A stretch of DNA of 63,984 nt, the filler included, from an uncultured bacterium (lineage in GTDB: Bacteria; CAYJRR01): NCBI GenBank assembly GCA_964372275.1. It is 3 parts of 3 records of this genome, joined end to end, with 100 filler letters (N's around TTAATTAATTAA, not from the genome) between each part and the next. Parts side by side here need not be neighbours in the genome. Positions count along the whole stretch, not along the records: positions 26,844 to 53,333 come from CAYJRR010000062.1; 2 more parts are not named here. One strand, written 5' to 3'. Under the pieces are notes generated by a model, which did no database searches, was not told where the DNA came from, and saw nothing but the letters and a program-made list of their open reading frames with translations. Position 1 is the stretch's first letter. Every line of letters begins with the position of its first letter. A program made the position numbers and the translations under genes. Below, in pieces: positions 31,128-39,826 of this stretch.

Positions 31128-32834
31128 GTGAAGGTCCACCGAGCGGTCCTCCTCCTTCTTGCCGCCGTCCCCTCCATCACCGTCGCTCCGTTCGGGTCGG
31201 CGAACGCCGCTTCGGCGCGGGAGGTTCCGAGCCTCGGCTGGTCCGACGGTTCCGCGCCGTTCGTGGTCCACTTCTGGCCCGATCCGGTCAACGTCAAGAA
31301 CGCCAACTTCTTCCTCCCGAACAAGGACATCTCCTTCCCGGCGGCCGGATTCCCGCTGGAGATCGAGCGGTCCTACAACAGCCGGTCGACGGCCGACGGA
31401 CCGCTCGGCTTCGGTTGGTCGTTCAACTACGACATCTACGTGCGCATCGGTGAGGACGGGATGCCGGAGGTGGTCGACGCCGACGGCTTCGTCTGCAAGT
31501 TCACGCCGCAAGGGGCCGGCCCCAATGGCGCCAACGAGATGGCCGCGGCGCAGGTGGTGAAGGCGAAGAAGGAGATGGACGAGCGCGCCGGCACAGGCCG
31601 CGACCCGTCCTACTACGCCACCCTCCAGACGCGTCTGGCGTCCGACGCGCGGCTGATCGAGCAGATGCGCAAGGAGCTCCAGATCAAGACGCTGGACCTC
31701 CCGGAGGGGACCTACGTCTCGACGACCCGCGGGGTGCAGCAGCTGGTGGTGAAGAAGGACGGGTACACCCGCACCTTCACCACCGGGATCACCCACCAGT
31801 TCTACAAGTCCGGGAAGCTGCGCCAGATGATCGACTCCGCCGGCAACTCCCTCTTCATGACCTACAGCAAGGGGGGCTCCGGGGACCTGACGGCCGTCTC
31901 GCACTCCTCGGGGGCGAAGCTCGAGTTCCAGACCGGCAAGTTCGGGAAGATCACCGTCGCGCGCGATCCGTCGGGGAAGGCGGTCTACTACCAGTACAAC
32001 GACCAGGGGGACCTGATCGCGGTCAAGGACGTCGGCGGGAAGATCACCCGCTACGAATACGACCAGTGGCACAACATGACCAAGATCGTCTTCCCCAACG
32101 GGGACACGATCCTGAACCGCTACAACCCGGAGAAGGACTGGATCCTCGGCCAGAAGGGGCCGGGTGACAGCGTCACCAGCTACGAATACGGGACCGACCT
32201 CGCGGACGAGACGCACTACTGGACGATCGTCGACGAGAACGGCGTCAAGACTCGCTACGACTACTACGACCGCCAGAACCGGGTGATCACCACCGACGCC
32301 CAGGGGCAGAAGACCGACCGCACCTTCAGCGAATGCTGCGGCAAGCCGCTCAAGGTGATCGAGCCCGACGGGCGGCAGGTGAACTACGAATACGACAAGC
32401 GCGGCAACGCCACCAGGATCTGGGACAACCGCGGGCAGAACGTCCGCTACGAGTACCACCCCAAGTGGTCGAAGGTCTCCAAGGTGATCCTCCCGTCGAC
32501 GACGTTGGTCTACGAATACGACGCGCAGGGGAACCTCGCCGCCGGCACCGACGCCGGCGTGGGGGCGAAGGTGCTGCTGCAATACACCCCCGACGGCCGG
32601 GTGAAGGTGGTCCACGACGGCAAGGGGAAGCAGTTCAACTTCAAGTACAACGCCGCCGGAAAGCCCGAGCAGATCATGCAGAGTGGCGTGAACGGCGCGG
32701 TGGTGATCGAGTACGGCGCCGACGGCGCCGTCAGCTCGGTCAAGACCCTGGGGCAGGCCGACCAACGGCAGATCCTCGGCGACCTGCAGCAGCTGATCCA
32801 GATCGTCGAGCCCGCCTACAAGTTCGAACTCTGA
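31128..32834 (+). CDS. secreted DUF6531 + YD/RHS-repeat protein lacking core and toxin
   Basis: Signal peptide, PVNVKNAN..LEIERSYNS..GPLGFGWS, many YxYD repeats; no DPxG motif. Confidence 0.85.
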   Translation: MKVHRAVLLLLAAVPSITVAPFGSANAASAREVPSLGWSDGSAPFVVHFWPDPVNVKNANFFLPNKDISFPAAGFPLEIERSYNSRSTADGPLGFGWSFNYDIYVRIGEDGMPEVVDADGFVCKFTPQGAGPNGANEMAAAQVVKAKKEMDERAGTGRDPSYYATLQTRLASDARLIEQMRKELQIKTLDLPEGTYVSTTRGVQQLVVKKDGYTRTFTTGITHQFYKSGKLRQMIDSAGNSLFMTYSKGGSGDLTAVSHSSGAKLEFQTGKFGKITVARDPSGKAVYYQYNDQGDLIAVKDVGGKITRYEYDQWHNMTKIVFPNGDTILNRYNPEKDWILGQKGPGDSVTSYEYGTDLADETHYWTIVDENGVKTRYDYYDRQNRVITTDAQGQKTDRTFSECCGKPLKVIEPDGRQVNYEYDKRGNATRIWDNRGQNVRYEYHPKWSKVSKVILPSTTLVYEYDAQGNLAAGTDAGVGAKVLLQYTPDGRVKVVHDGKGKQFNFKYNAAGKPEQIMQSGVNGAVVIEYGADGAVSSVKTLGQADQRQILGDLQQLIQIVEPAYKFEL

Positions 32835-32861
32835 ACGGCCGCGAGGCGTCCCGCCGCGACG

Positions 32862-33206
32862 TCAGAACCAGCCTTCCCGGGCGTAGAACGTGACGTACTC
32901 GCCGGTCTCGCGATTCATCAGCAGATAGGTCGTCGCCCGCCGCAGCGGAACAATGTTCGAGGGGCTGTCGATCAGGACGAAGCCGTCGGCGCCGACGCGC
33001 CGGGCGATCGACCCGAACGCGTCGGCGGTTACGGGGTGCACCGTGACGCGAGGCTCGTGCGGGAGGATCCGGTCGCTCGAGATCCATTCGCCGTGCCGAT
33101 CGCGCGCGAACGCCGCGAGCCTCTCAGTCCGCGCGGACGTAGGCGCGGTGGTCCGGTTCCATGCGCGCGGCTCGCCAATCCTCGAGCGAGGCGTACCGCT
33201 CGGCAT
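32862..33206 (-). CDS. hypothetical protein (start uncertain)
   Basis: Protein-like C-terminal half; overlaps neighbour. Confidence 0.3.
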   Translation of the reverse strand: MPSGTPRSRIGEPRAWNRTTAPTSARTERLAAFARDRHGEWISSDRILPHEPRVTVHPVTADAFGSIARRVGADGFVLIDSPSNIVPLRRATTYLLMNRETGEYVTFYAREGWF

Positions 33207-33468
33207 GGGGCCACGTCGGATCGCCCTCCGGAGCCGGGCGGCGCCACGTGAGATGCACGACCACGTAGGCGGTGCCGTCGCCGGGCGCGACGCGGAACAG
33301 GACGTCGTCGTCGTCGTCCCGCCGTGCGATCGCGCTCGCGTGCCGTCGATGGAGCCAATGCGACCCCGACAGCTCGCGTCGAAGCTCTCCTTCGAGCCCC
33401 TCCGCCTCCGCGCCGCTCACGGGGCGCCACGGCGCGAGGCATTCCAGATCGAAAACGCGTTCCGGCAC
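33124..33468 (-). CDS. small hypothetical protein, immunity-like
   Basis: ELRRELSGSH...ARRDDDDDVLF...VVHLTW...WP pattern; probable GTG start. Confidence 0.6.
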   Translation of the reverse strand: MPERVFDLECLAPWRPVSGAEAEGLEGELRRELSGSHWLHRRHASAIARRDDDDDVLFRVAPGDGTAYVVVHLTWRRPAPEGDPTWPHAERYASLEDWRAARMEPDHRAYVRAD

Positions 33469-33548
33469 GTCTGTCGTCGCCACCTGCGCCGTTCGAGGCG
33501 GCGCTCGACGGCAGCCTACCACTCGGTCGGTCGGGTAGCATCGGGCCG

Positions 33549-34271
33549 ATGGTGAAGGTTGCGCTCGTCACCGGCGGGAACCGCGGGCTCGGGCAGGAGA
33601 CGGCGAGCCGGCTGGTTGCGCTCGGATGGAAGGTCCTGATCACGTCGCGCGAGCGCCAGGCCGGACTCGACGCCGCGAAGCGGATCGGCCACGGCACCTG
33701 GGCGATCGAGCTCGACGTGCGGCGGCCGGAAGGGATCGCCGCGACCGTGCGCGCGCGGACCGGTTCGCTGGACGCGCTGGTGAACAACGCGGGCCTCTAC
33801 GGGCGCGGGTCCGACCGGCGCGCGGTGCTGGAGACGAACCTCTTCGGACCGATGCGCCTCACCGAGGAGCTGCTCCCGCTCCTCGCCGACGGCGCCCGCG
33901 TGGTGAACGTCTCCAGTGGGCTCGGTGAACTCGCCGTCTTCTCACGCGAGAAGCGCGCGCTCGTTTCCGACCCTGCGCTCGACCGCGCGGGCGTCGTCCG
34001 ACTCGCGGAGTCCTACCTGGCGAATCCGAAGGGCTGGCCCGACGCCTACGCCGTCTCCAAGGCGATGCTCAACGCGCTCACCCGGATCGACGCCCGCGGA
34101 CACCCGCGCCTGCGGGTCAACGCCGTCTGCCCCGGCTGGGTCCGCACCCGCATGGGCGGCCGCGACGCTCCGCGGAGCGTGGAGGAGGGGGCCGCCGGCA
34201 TCGTCTGGGCCGCGGCCGAGTGCGACCGCACCGGCGGCTTCTTCCGCGACGGACGGCCGATCCCGTGGTGA
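33549..34271 (+). CDS. short-chain dehydrogenase/reductase (carbonyl reductase-like)
   Basis: TGGNRGLG, NNAG, NVSS, YAVSK, CPGWVRTRMGG. Confidence 0.93.
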   Translation: MVKVALVTGGNRGLGQETASRLVALGWKVLITSRERQAGLDAAKRIGHGTWAIELDVRRPEGIAATVRARTGSLDALVNNAGLYGRGSDRRAVLETNLFGPMRLTEELLPLLADGARVVNVSSGLGELAVFSREKRALVSDPALDRAGVVRLAESYLANPKGWPDAYAVSKAMLNALTRIDARGHPRLRVNAVCPGWVRTRMGGRDAPRSVEEGAAGIVWAAAECDRTGGFFRDGRPIPW

Positions 34272-34294
34272 CCGAAACGCTTCCGGAGCGGGAT

Positions 34295-34678
34295 CTATTC
34301 TCGGTCGAGCCGTTTCAAGGCTTCGCGGGCTCCAAAGGAATCGCAGCCGGCAGAATCGACCTCGAGCGCCTGTCGATAGTACCGGGCGGCGCGTTCGACG
34401 GCGCCGAACTGCTCGGCGAGCCCCCCTGCCTTGACGAGCACGACGACATTCTCGCCGCACGCGGTACGAATCCCAGCCGAGAGCGCCGGCTCGAATGACG
34501 ACCGACCGTCGAACAGGACCCGTCGGTTCCGAGATGATGAATGTCAGTCGATCGGCATCTTGGCGCGATTGGACCGAATCGCGGAACGCGCGTACCTCGC
34601 CATGATGGCCACGCGGCATCCTGATCGTTCCATCCAACCGTTACGCCGGCTTTCGCGGAAGAGCTCGTCTCCTCGCAT
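34295..34678 (-). pseudogene. possible degraded TPR-like gene
   Basis: Frame ends ...GGLAEQFGAVERAARYYRQALEVD...; in-frame TGA at 34544-34546. Confidence 0.25.
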
Positions 34679-34870
34679 GAGGCGCGACCGTCTGCCGGTT
34701 CAAGAGATGCAACGAGGAGGCTGGCAATCGATGCCAGGAGGCGCTTTATGTCCTGAGCAGCCTACCATTTCCAGCGCTGCAGGGACTGTCGAGCTCGATC
34801 GGCCCGACCACGGGTGTTCTTGGCGGCCGTATGCGCCGAAAGAGTGGCGACCGTGGTCGATTGTGCTACG

Positions 34871-34880
34871 TTGTATACAA
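34871..34880. promoter_or_regulatory. palindromic operator of TA module
   Basis: Perfect palindrome TTGTATACAA directly before antitoxin ATG. Confidence 0.55.
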
Positions 34881-35171
34881 ATGAGGCGAAGAGTTTCGGG
34901 CAGAAGGCGCGCGCCTTCGACAACGACCATCACCGTGCGGATCGAGACGCGCACGGGGAAACGGCTCGATCGACTCGCACGGGCAACGGCGAGATCACGT
35001 TCGTATCTCGCGGCGGAAGCGGTCCGCCGGTTCGTCGATCAGAACGAATGGCAAATTCGCGCAATCCGTGAAGGCGTCGACGCGGCCGACCGCGGGCGCC
35101 TCGTGCCGCACGATCGGGTCGATGCGTGGCTCGCGGGTTGGGGCACGGACGACGAGCGCGGTCGGCCCTGA
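34881..35171 (+). CDS. CopG/ribbon-helix-helix antitoxin
   Basis: TITVRI..RLDRLA..RSRSYLAAEAV..NEWQIRAIREG...WG; upstream of toxin. Confidence 0.87.
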   Translation: MRRRVSGRRRAPSTTTITVRIETRTGKRLDRLARATARSRSYLAAEAVRRFVDQNEWQIRAIREGVDAADRGRLVPHDRVDAWLAGWGTDDERGRP

Positions 35172-35174
35172 AGA

Positions 35175-35468
35175 GTGAACGTCGTCTGGACCGAGACTGC
35201 CGTCGGCGATCTCCGTCATCTACGCGCCTACATCGGCCGGAGGAAACGAAGCGCGGCGCGCCGGATCGCGGGGCGCATCCGCGCCGCCGTTCGGCTGCTC
35301 CATCAACAGCCGGGGATCGGTCGCCCCGGCCGGGTCCCCGGAACCCGCGAGTTGGTCATCACCGGGACTCCGTACCTCGCCGCCTATCGCGTGCGTGCGG
35401 GGACCGTCGAAATCCTCCGGGTCCTCCACGGCGCCCAGGAATGGCCCGGTCGATTCCCGCGAGGGTGA
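35175..35468 (+). CDS. RelE/ParE family toxin
   Basis: VVWTETAVGDL...PGIGRPGRVPGTRELV..PY..AYRV..VEILRVLHGAQ. Confidence 0.92.
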   Translation: MNVVWTETAVGDLRHLRAYIGRRKRSAARRIAGRIRAAVRLLHQQPGIGRPGRVPGTRELVITGTPYLAAYRVRAGTVEILRVLHGAQEWPGRFPRG

Positions 35469-35472
35469 GACG

Positions 35473-37347
35473 TCACGCGCGGCGGCGGCGGATCGCGATC
35501 CCCACCGCCACGGCTGCGAGGAGCGACGCGGCGGCGCCGAGCGATGCGGGCGGAGTGGGGCGGGCCTGGTCGAGGCTGCAGCCGCATCCCCATCCGCCCA
35601 TCTCGTAGTCGGCCCCTTCGGCGGCGACGCGGAAGGTGGTGCGCGCCGGCGTCGGGTCGACGTTCTGCCAGCGGTCGCGGGCCCGGACCTCGAACTCGTG
35701 GTCGCCGTTCGGGAGCGCCGTCAGCTCGGCGGTCGTCGCATCGCTCCAGGTCGACCAGCCGCCGCCGTCGATCTGCCAGGAGAAGACCAGCTTCCCGGGC
35801 TCGTCGTCGGTCCCGGAGAAGTCGATGGAGACGCGGGTCCTCTTGACCGTACCGTCGATCTCGGACACGCGGGTGTTCGGGGCGACGTGGTTCACCGCCG
35901 GGTCGTCGGCCGCGTAGAGCGTCGCCCCCGCGACGGCGTAGCCGTGGCGGAAGTTCACGCGGTCGAGCATCACCAGGTAGTCCTGCGCGGGGAAGATCGA
36001 GTTGGTCACGGCGTGATTCTGGAACTTGTTCTCCATGCGCGGCAGGACGTAGCCGGAGATGAACGCCTTGAGGTCCTCCTCCGCCTTCTCCGCGTCGCTG
36101 AACAGTACCTCCGACTCGATGGCGTCGAACCGCACGTTCGTCGAGTCGAGCGACAGGAGCACGCGGTTGGTCTCGACCTCGACCTCGAGCAGGATTCCGA
36201 CCGACAGGTCGGCGTCGGCGCGGAGCAGAAGCTTCTGTTCGCCGTCGGCGCCGATCGTCCACGCCTCGACGTTGAAATCCCGGAGCTTGGCGGAGAGCGA
36301 TCCCTCTTCGAACAGGATCTCGGGCGACTTCCCGATCACCAGGTGGTACTTCAGCAGGTCGCCCGCCTCGGGGTTGATCCCCTCCAACACCTGTTCGAAC
36401 GCCTCCAGGGGCTTCGATTCGCTGTCGAAGCACATCGCGCCCGACTTCCACGCCGCCCACAGCACCTCGTTGAGCGCGCCGTCGGCGACGGAGAGCTCCG
36501 CCATCGAGTCGTCGCCGTATTCGCCGAGACCCGGCGTTCCGCGCGCCTCGAACGACGGCGTGTCGGACAGCCCCGCCATGCACGGCGGCGTCGATCCGGA
36601 GTGGTCGACCTCCATGTCGACCAGCGTCGTGGCGCCACCGTCGTCGATCTCGATCGAGGCCAACCCCACGGCGTAGTCGAGCGGTCCGGCGCTTCCGCGG
36701 AACATCGCTTCGAACAGCGCGTCCTGCACCATCGAGGGGACCTTCTCCGAGAGCATCGCGTTCAGCTTCTGCTCCAGGAACCCCTGGATGAAGTCGATCG
36801 AGAGGACGAGGTCGATCACGTAGTCGGCCCAGCCGTCGACGTCGACGAAGATCTCCTCGTATTCGAGTTGCGGCGGCTCGTTGAACGCGACGAAGACGTT
36901 GTACTGGTCGTCGACGTAGGGCCGGATGTTGGCGGTGAAGGTCACCTGCTGGAGGAAGAGCTCCTGGATCGTCACCGAGAACGACGGACAGAGGTCCCAG
37001 AAGTCGTCGTCGGCGCCGAAGATCTGTCCCGCGAAGTCGACGAAATCGATTCGCGCGGTCAGGTCGAGCCCCTCCGGGGATCCCTCCCAGTCGAGCACCG
37101 TCGAATCGAGGAACGAATCGACGACGAGGTTGTTGATGCCAACCTGATCGAAGCACTTCACGTCGACCTGCGAGATCGACGGCTTCTGGAACTGGAGCGG
37201 CAGTTGCGCGGTGCGGTCTTCGAGGAAACCGAGGCCCTGTTCGGTGATCCGCAAGCCGACGGCGTCGTAGACGACGGGGGCCGCGGACGACGATGCAGCG
37301 GCCATCAGGAGCACCCCGGAGAGAACGCCAACTGAACGTGAATTCAT
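35473..37347 (-). CDS. MYXO-CTERM surface protein with BPI/LBP-like region and Ig-like domain
   Basis: Signal peptide; GLRITEQGLGFL; FSWQIDGGGWS..LPNGDHEFEVRARD..NVDPTP; GCGCS-hydrophobic-RRRR tail. Confidence 0.75.
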   Translation of the reverse strand: MNSRSVGVLSGVLLMAAASSSAAPVVYDAVGLRITEQGLGFLEDRTAQLPLQFQKPSISQVDVKCFDQVGINNLVVDSFLDSTVLDWEGSPEGLDLTARIDFVDFAGQIFGADDDFWDLCPSFSVTIQELFLQQVTFTANIRPYVDDQYNVFVAFNEPPQLEYEEIFVDVDGWADYVIDLVLSIDFIQGFLEQKLNAMLSEKVPSMVQDALFEAMFRGSAGPLDYAVGLASIEIDDGGATTLVDMEVDHSGSTPPCMAGLSDTPSFEARGTPGLGEYGDDSMAELSVADGALNEVLWAAWKSGAMCFDSESKPLEAFEQVLEGINPEAGDLLKYHLVIGKSPEILFEEGSLSAKLRDFNVEAWTIGADGEQKLLLRADADLSVGILLEVEVETNRVLLSLDSTNVRFDAIESEVLFSDAEKAEEDLKAFISGYVLPRMENKFQNHAVTNSIFPAQDYLVMLDRVNFRHGYAVAGATLYAADDPAVNHVAPNTRVSEIDGTVKRTRVSIDFSGTDDEPGKLVFSWQIDGGGWSTWSDATTAELTALPNGDHEFEVRARDRWQNVDPTPARTTFRVAAEGADYEMGGWGCGCSLDQARPTPPASLGAAASLLAAVAVGIAIRRRRA

Positions 37348-37436
37348 CGTTTCCAACCCTCGCGCGCCGGCGTTAGCAGCAGGAAACATGCCTTCCGGCC
37401 AGCGGAATTTTCTTCGGGTTTTCCGCACGGCGCCGG

Positions 37437-39413
37437 GTGTCTGCGGAACGCGGTTGGGACCTGCGTGTCTCGTCGGCGGGGTGGCCGGGTTCCCAATCGC
37501 TCGCGCCCCGATCGGCGTCCCGATCGTCGTTCGCGTGCGAAAGTCGAGGATTATCCGCGCCGCGGATCTCGCCGCACGCGGCCGGTTCGGCGGCACGCGC
37601 ATTGCTCGCCCGGCGCGGCGTGTATCGCCGATCGCAACGTCGATCGATCTCGGAACGCCTTCATGGGCGTCGCGCGCTCGCCGCCCTGGCGTTCGCGGGT
37701 GGCGCGCTGTTCGTCGCGTCCTGGCTCGGCGCGCCGCCGTTCACGCCGGCGGCGTCCGCCGACACCTCGGAGACCTGCATTCCGGTCGGCGACGAGCTCG
37801 GACCGTTCCTTCGCTCGCTCGAAGAGGTGGCCGCGACGCGATCCGACGCCGCCCTGGCTGCGCTTGCGCTGCTCGCCGACCGCGACTTGGCGGCGCGGCG
37901 AGGGTGCGAGGACCGCGATCGCCGTTCGGCCGCCGCCGCCGTCTTGGCGAAGCTGGCGTCGACCGGCCCGGCGGCGGAGCGCCGCGCCGCCGTCCGCCGG
38001 CTTCGCGACGCCGCCGCCGCCGAGACCGATCCCTCGCTCCGCGCGCAGATGATCCGCGACCTCGACCGCCACGCAGCGGGGGCGGATCGGTCGGACCTTC
38101 CCACGATCGCGCGCCTGCGCGAGGAGATCCTTCCGACCTCGCCGCCGTACGACGCCATCTTCGGGCCGGAGGCGGAGGCCACCGCTCCCGGGAGCGACGA
38201 TCCCCTGCGGGTCGCGGTGCGGATCCACTCGGCGAAGGAGGTCTTGCGGCAAGGGGGCTATTTCCGGCTGTTCCGCTCCCTCGGAGCCACGGTCGTCCGG
38301 CCGAACGCCGGCGAGGCGAGGTTCGAGTACACCGTCGTCCCCGACGACCCGACCGGACGGTTGAAGCCGGTCGTCTACGAGATCCGCCTCACCGACGACT
38401 GGCAGGACGACTACGACAACCTCGACGTTTTCGGCGAGATGGGGCGGAAGACCCCGCAGATCGAGATGTACGACTTCCACGCCCAGTACGGCGGCGCCTT
38501 CGACCGCAGCTTCGAGATCGCGACCGCGAACAGGGACGCGCGCAAGCTCTACCTGCTCAATTCGTGCAAGTCGAAGGTCTTCGGCCGGCAGGCGAAGGCG
38601 CTGTACCCGGCGACGCACTTCGTGCTCACCCGCGACGGCGAATACATGGTCGACACCGCGCCGATGCTGGCGCGCACCCTCCAGGCGCTGGCCGAGCGCC
38701 AGACCTACGCGCAACTGCGCCGGAGCCTGGCCCGCGAGGAGCTCACCAACTACCAGTTTCCGGACGACCGCGCCCAGCTCCTCTACGCCGACGCCGACGA
38801 CGACGGAGTCCCCGACGGCCGCGACGATCGACTCGACTGCGGACGCATCGAGCCTCCCTCGCGCAACACGCTTCGACCGGAGGCGCCGTCACAGCCCCCG
38901 GAGACCCTTGGCGGCGGACGGGTGCTCGACGCCGTCCTCGTCGCCAACGGTCTGCTCGGCTATCACCCGACGTTCGGATCACGGTGGGAGGACCGCTTCG
39001 TCTCGGGCGGTTTCGGCCCCGCCGATCCCGACGGTCCGATCGTCACCGTCTCGAAGATTCCCGGCGGACGCGGACGGCCGACCCACGTGGTGACGGTCAA
39101 CGGCGCCTACAGCCACCTGAGCAAGCTTGCGCTCTCGGCGGCGCTGTGCCGCGAGCTGACGCTCTTCGCCGTCACCGGCGGCGGACGCCGGAAGGCGACG
39201 CTCGACGACCGGATCCTGGCGTACGAGGTCGGCGTCGACCTGCTCTCCGCCTGGGGCGACGACGGGCCGCTCTACCAGGAGTACCAGGCGCGATTCGGTT
39301 TCGACCGGCCGCTTCCCTGGTCGGTGGCGACGCGCGCGATCGACCACCACGACGGGGCCACCGACGAGACGGTCGCCAAGATCCGCCGCTACCTCGAGCG
39401 GAACAACGGATAG
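37437..39413 (+). CDS. hypothetical exported protein (helical N-terminus, possible His/Cys dyad, DxDxDG motif); start uncertain
   Basis: Coding-like composition; TM/signal at about aa 75-100; YDFHAQYGG, LLNSCKS, DADDDGVPDGRDD. Confidence 0.65.
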   Translation: MSAERGWDLRVSSAGWPGSQSLAPRSASRSSFACESRGLSAPRISPHAAGSAARALLARRGVYRRSQRRSISERLHGRRALAALAFAGGALFVASWLGAPPFTPAASADTSETCIPVGDELGPFLRSLEEVAATRSDAALAALALLADRDLAARRGCEDRDRRSAAAAVLAKLASTGPAAERRAAVRRLRDAAAAETDPSLRAQMIRDLDRHAAGADRSDLPTIARLREEILPTSPPYDAIFGPEAEATAPGSDDPLRVAVRIHSAKEVLRQGGYFRLFRSLGATVVRPNAGEARFEYTVVPDDPTGRLKPVVYEIRLTDDWQDDYDNLDVFGEMGRKTPQIEMYDFHAQYGGAFDRSFEIATANRDARKLYLLNSCKSKVFGRQAKALYPATHFVLTRDGEYMVDTAPMLARTLQALAERQTYAQLRRSLAREELTNYQFPDDRAQLLYADADDDGVPDGRDDRLDCGRIEPPSRNTLRPEAPSQPPETLGGGRVLDAVLVANGLLGYHPTFGSRWEDRFVSGGFGPADPDGPIVTVSKIPGGRGRPTHVVTVNGAYSHLSKLALSAALCRELTLFAVTGGGRRKATLDDRILAYEVGVDLLSAWGDDGPLYQEYQARFGFDRPLPWSVATRAIDHHDGATDETVAKIRRYLERNNG

Positions 39414-39414
39414 G

Positions 39415-39450
39415 AAAAAAGGGGCCCCTCCTCTCCCGTCGAGGGGCCCC
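39415..39450 (-). terminator. intrinsic terminator
   Basis: GGGGCCCCTC/GAGGGGCCCC stem followed by T6 on minus strand. Confidence 0.7.
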
Positions 39451-39501
39451 TCGCGGCGAGGGGCTCGGGGCGGCCCCGGGGAAGCCCGAAGGGCGAACCG
39501 T

Positions 39502-39729
39502 TCAGTTGGCGGTGCGCAGGAAGGCGCCGCCGGGCAGCCCGGGGGCCTCGATCGTCACTTCGATGGCGTCGCTCACCGACGCGACCACCATCCGCGACGC
39601 CGGGACGTACCGCGGCGCCGGGCTGCCGAGCGTCATCCACCAGACGCCGTAGTACTGGCCGAGGATGACGGCGAGGGTGAGAAACCAGGGCTCCGTCCAG
39701 AACGACGCACGGCGCGGGGCGAGGTGCAT
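39502..39729 (-). CDS. small membrane protein, 75 aa
   Basis: GGAGG SD, one TM, own terminator. Confidence 0.5.
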   Translation of the reverse strand: MHLAPRRASFWTEPWFLTLAVILGQYYGVWWMTLGSPAPRYVPASRMVVASVSDAIEVTIEAPGLPGGAFLRTAN

Positions 39730-39826
39730 CGGTAGCGACCTCCACCGGTTGGTCGGCGCGACCCGGGGGTCGCGACGGATCTGGAAGTGATGGTACGCCC
39801 GACGGATTGGCGCGTCAATCGACCCG

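Noticed and set aside
31900-32720. Repeated TACGAATACGAC units suggesting a CRISPR or DNA repeat array
   Set aside because: They encode YEYD of YD repeats; irregular spacing, no cas genes
34544-34546. In-frame TGA as possible selenocysteine
   Set aside because: No redox-motif context or evident SECIS; a pseudogene or non-coding frame is more likely
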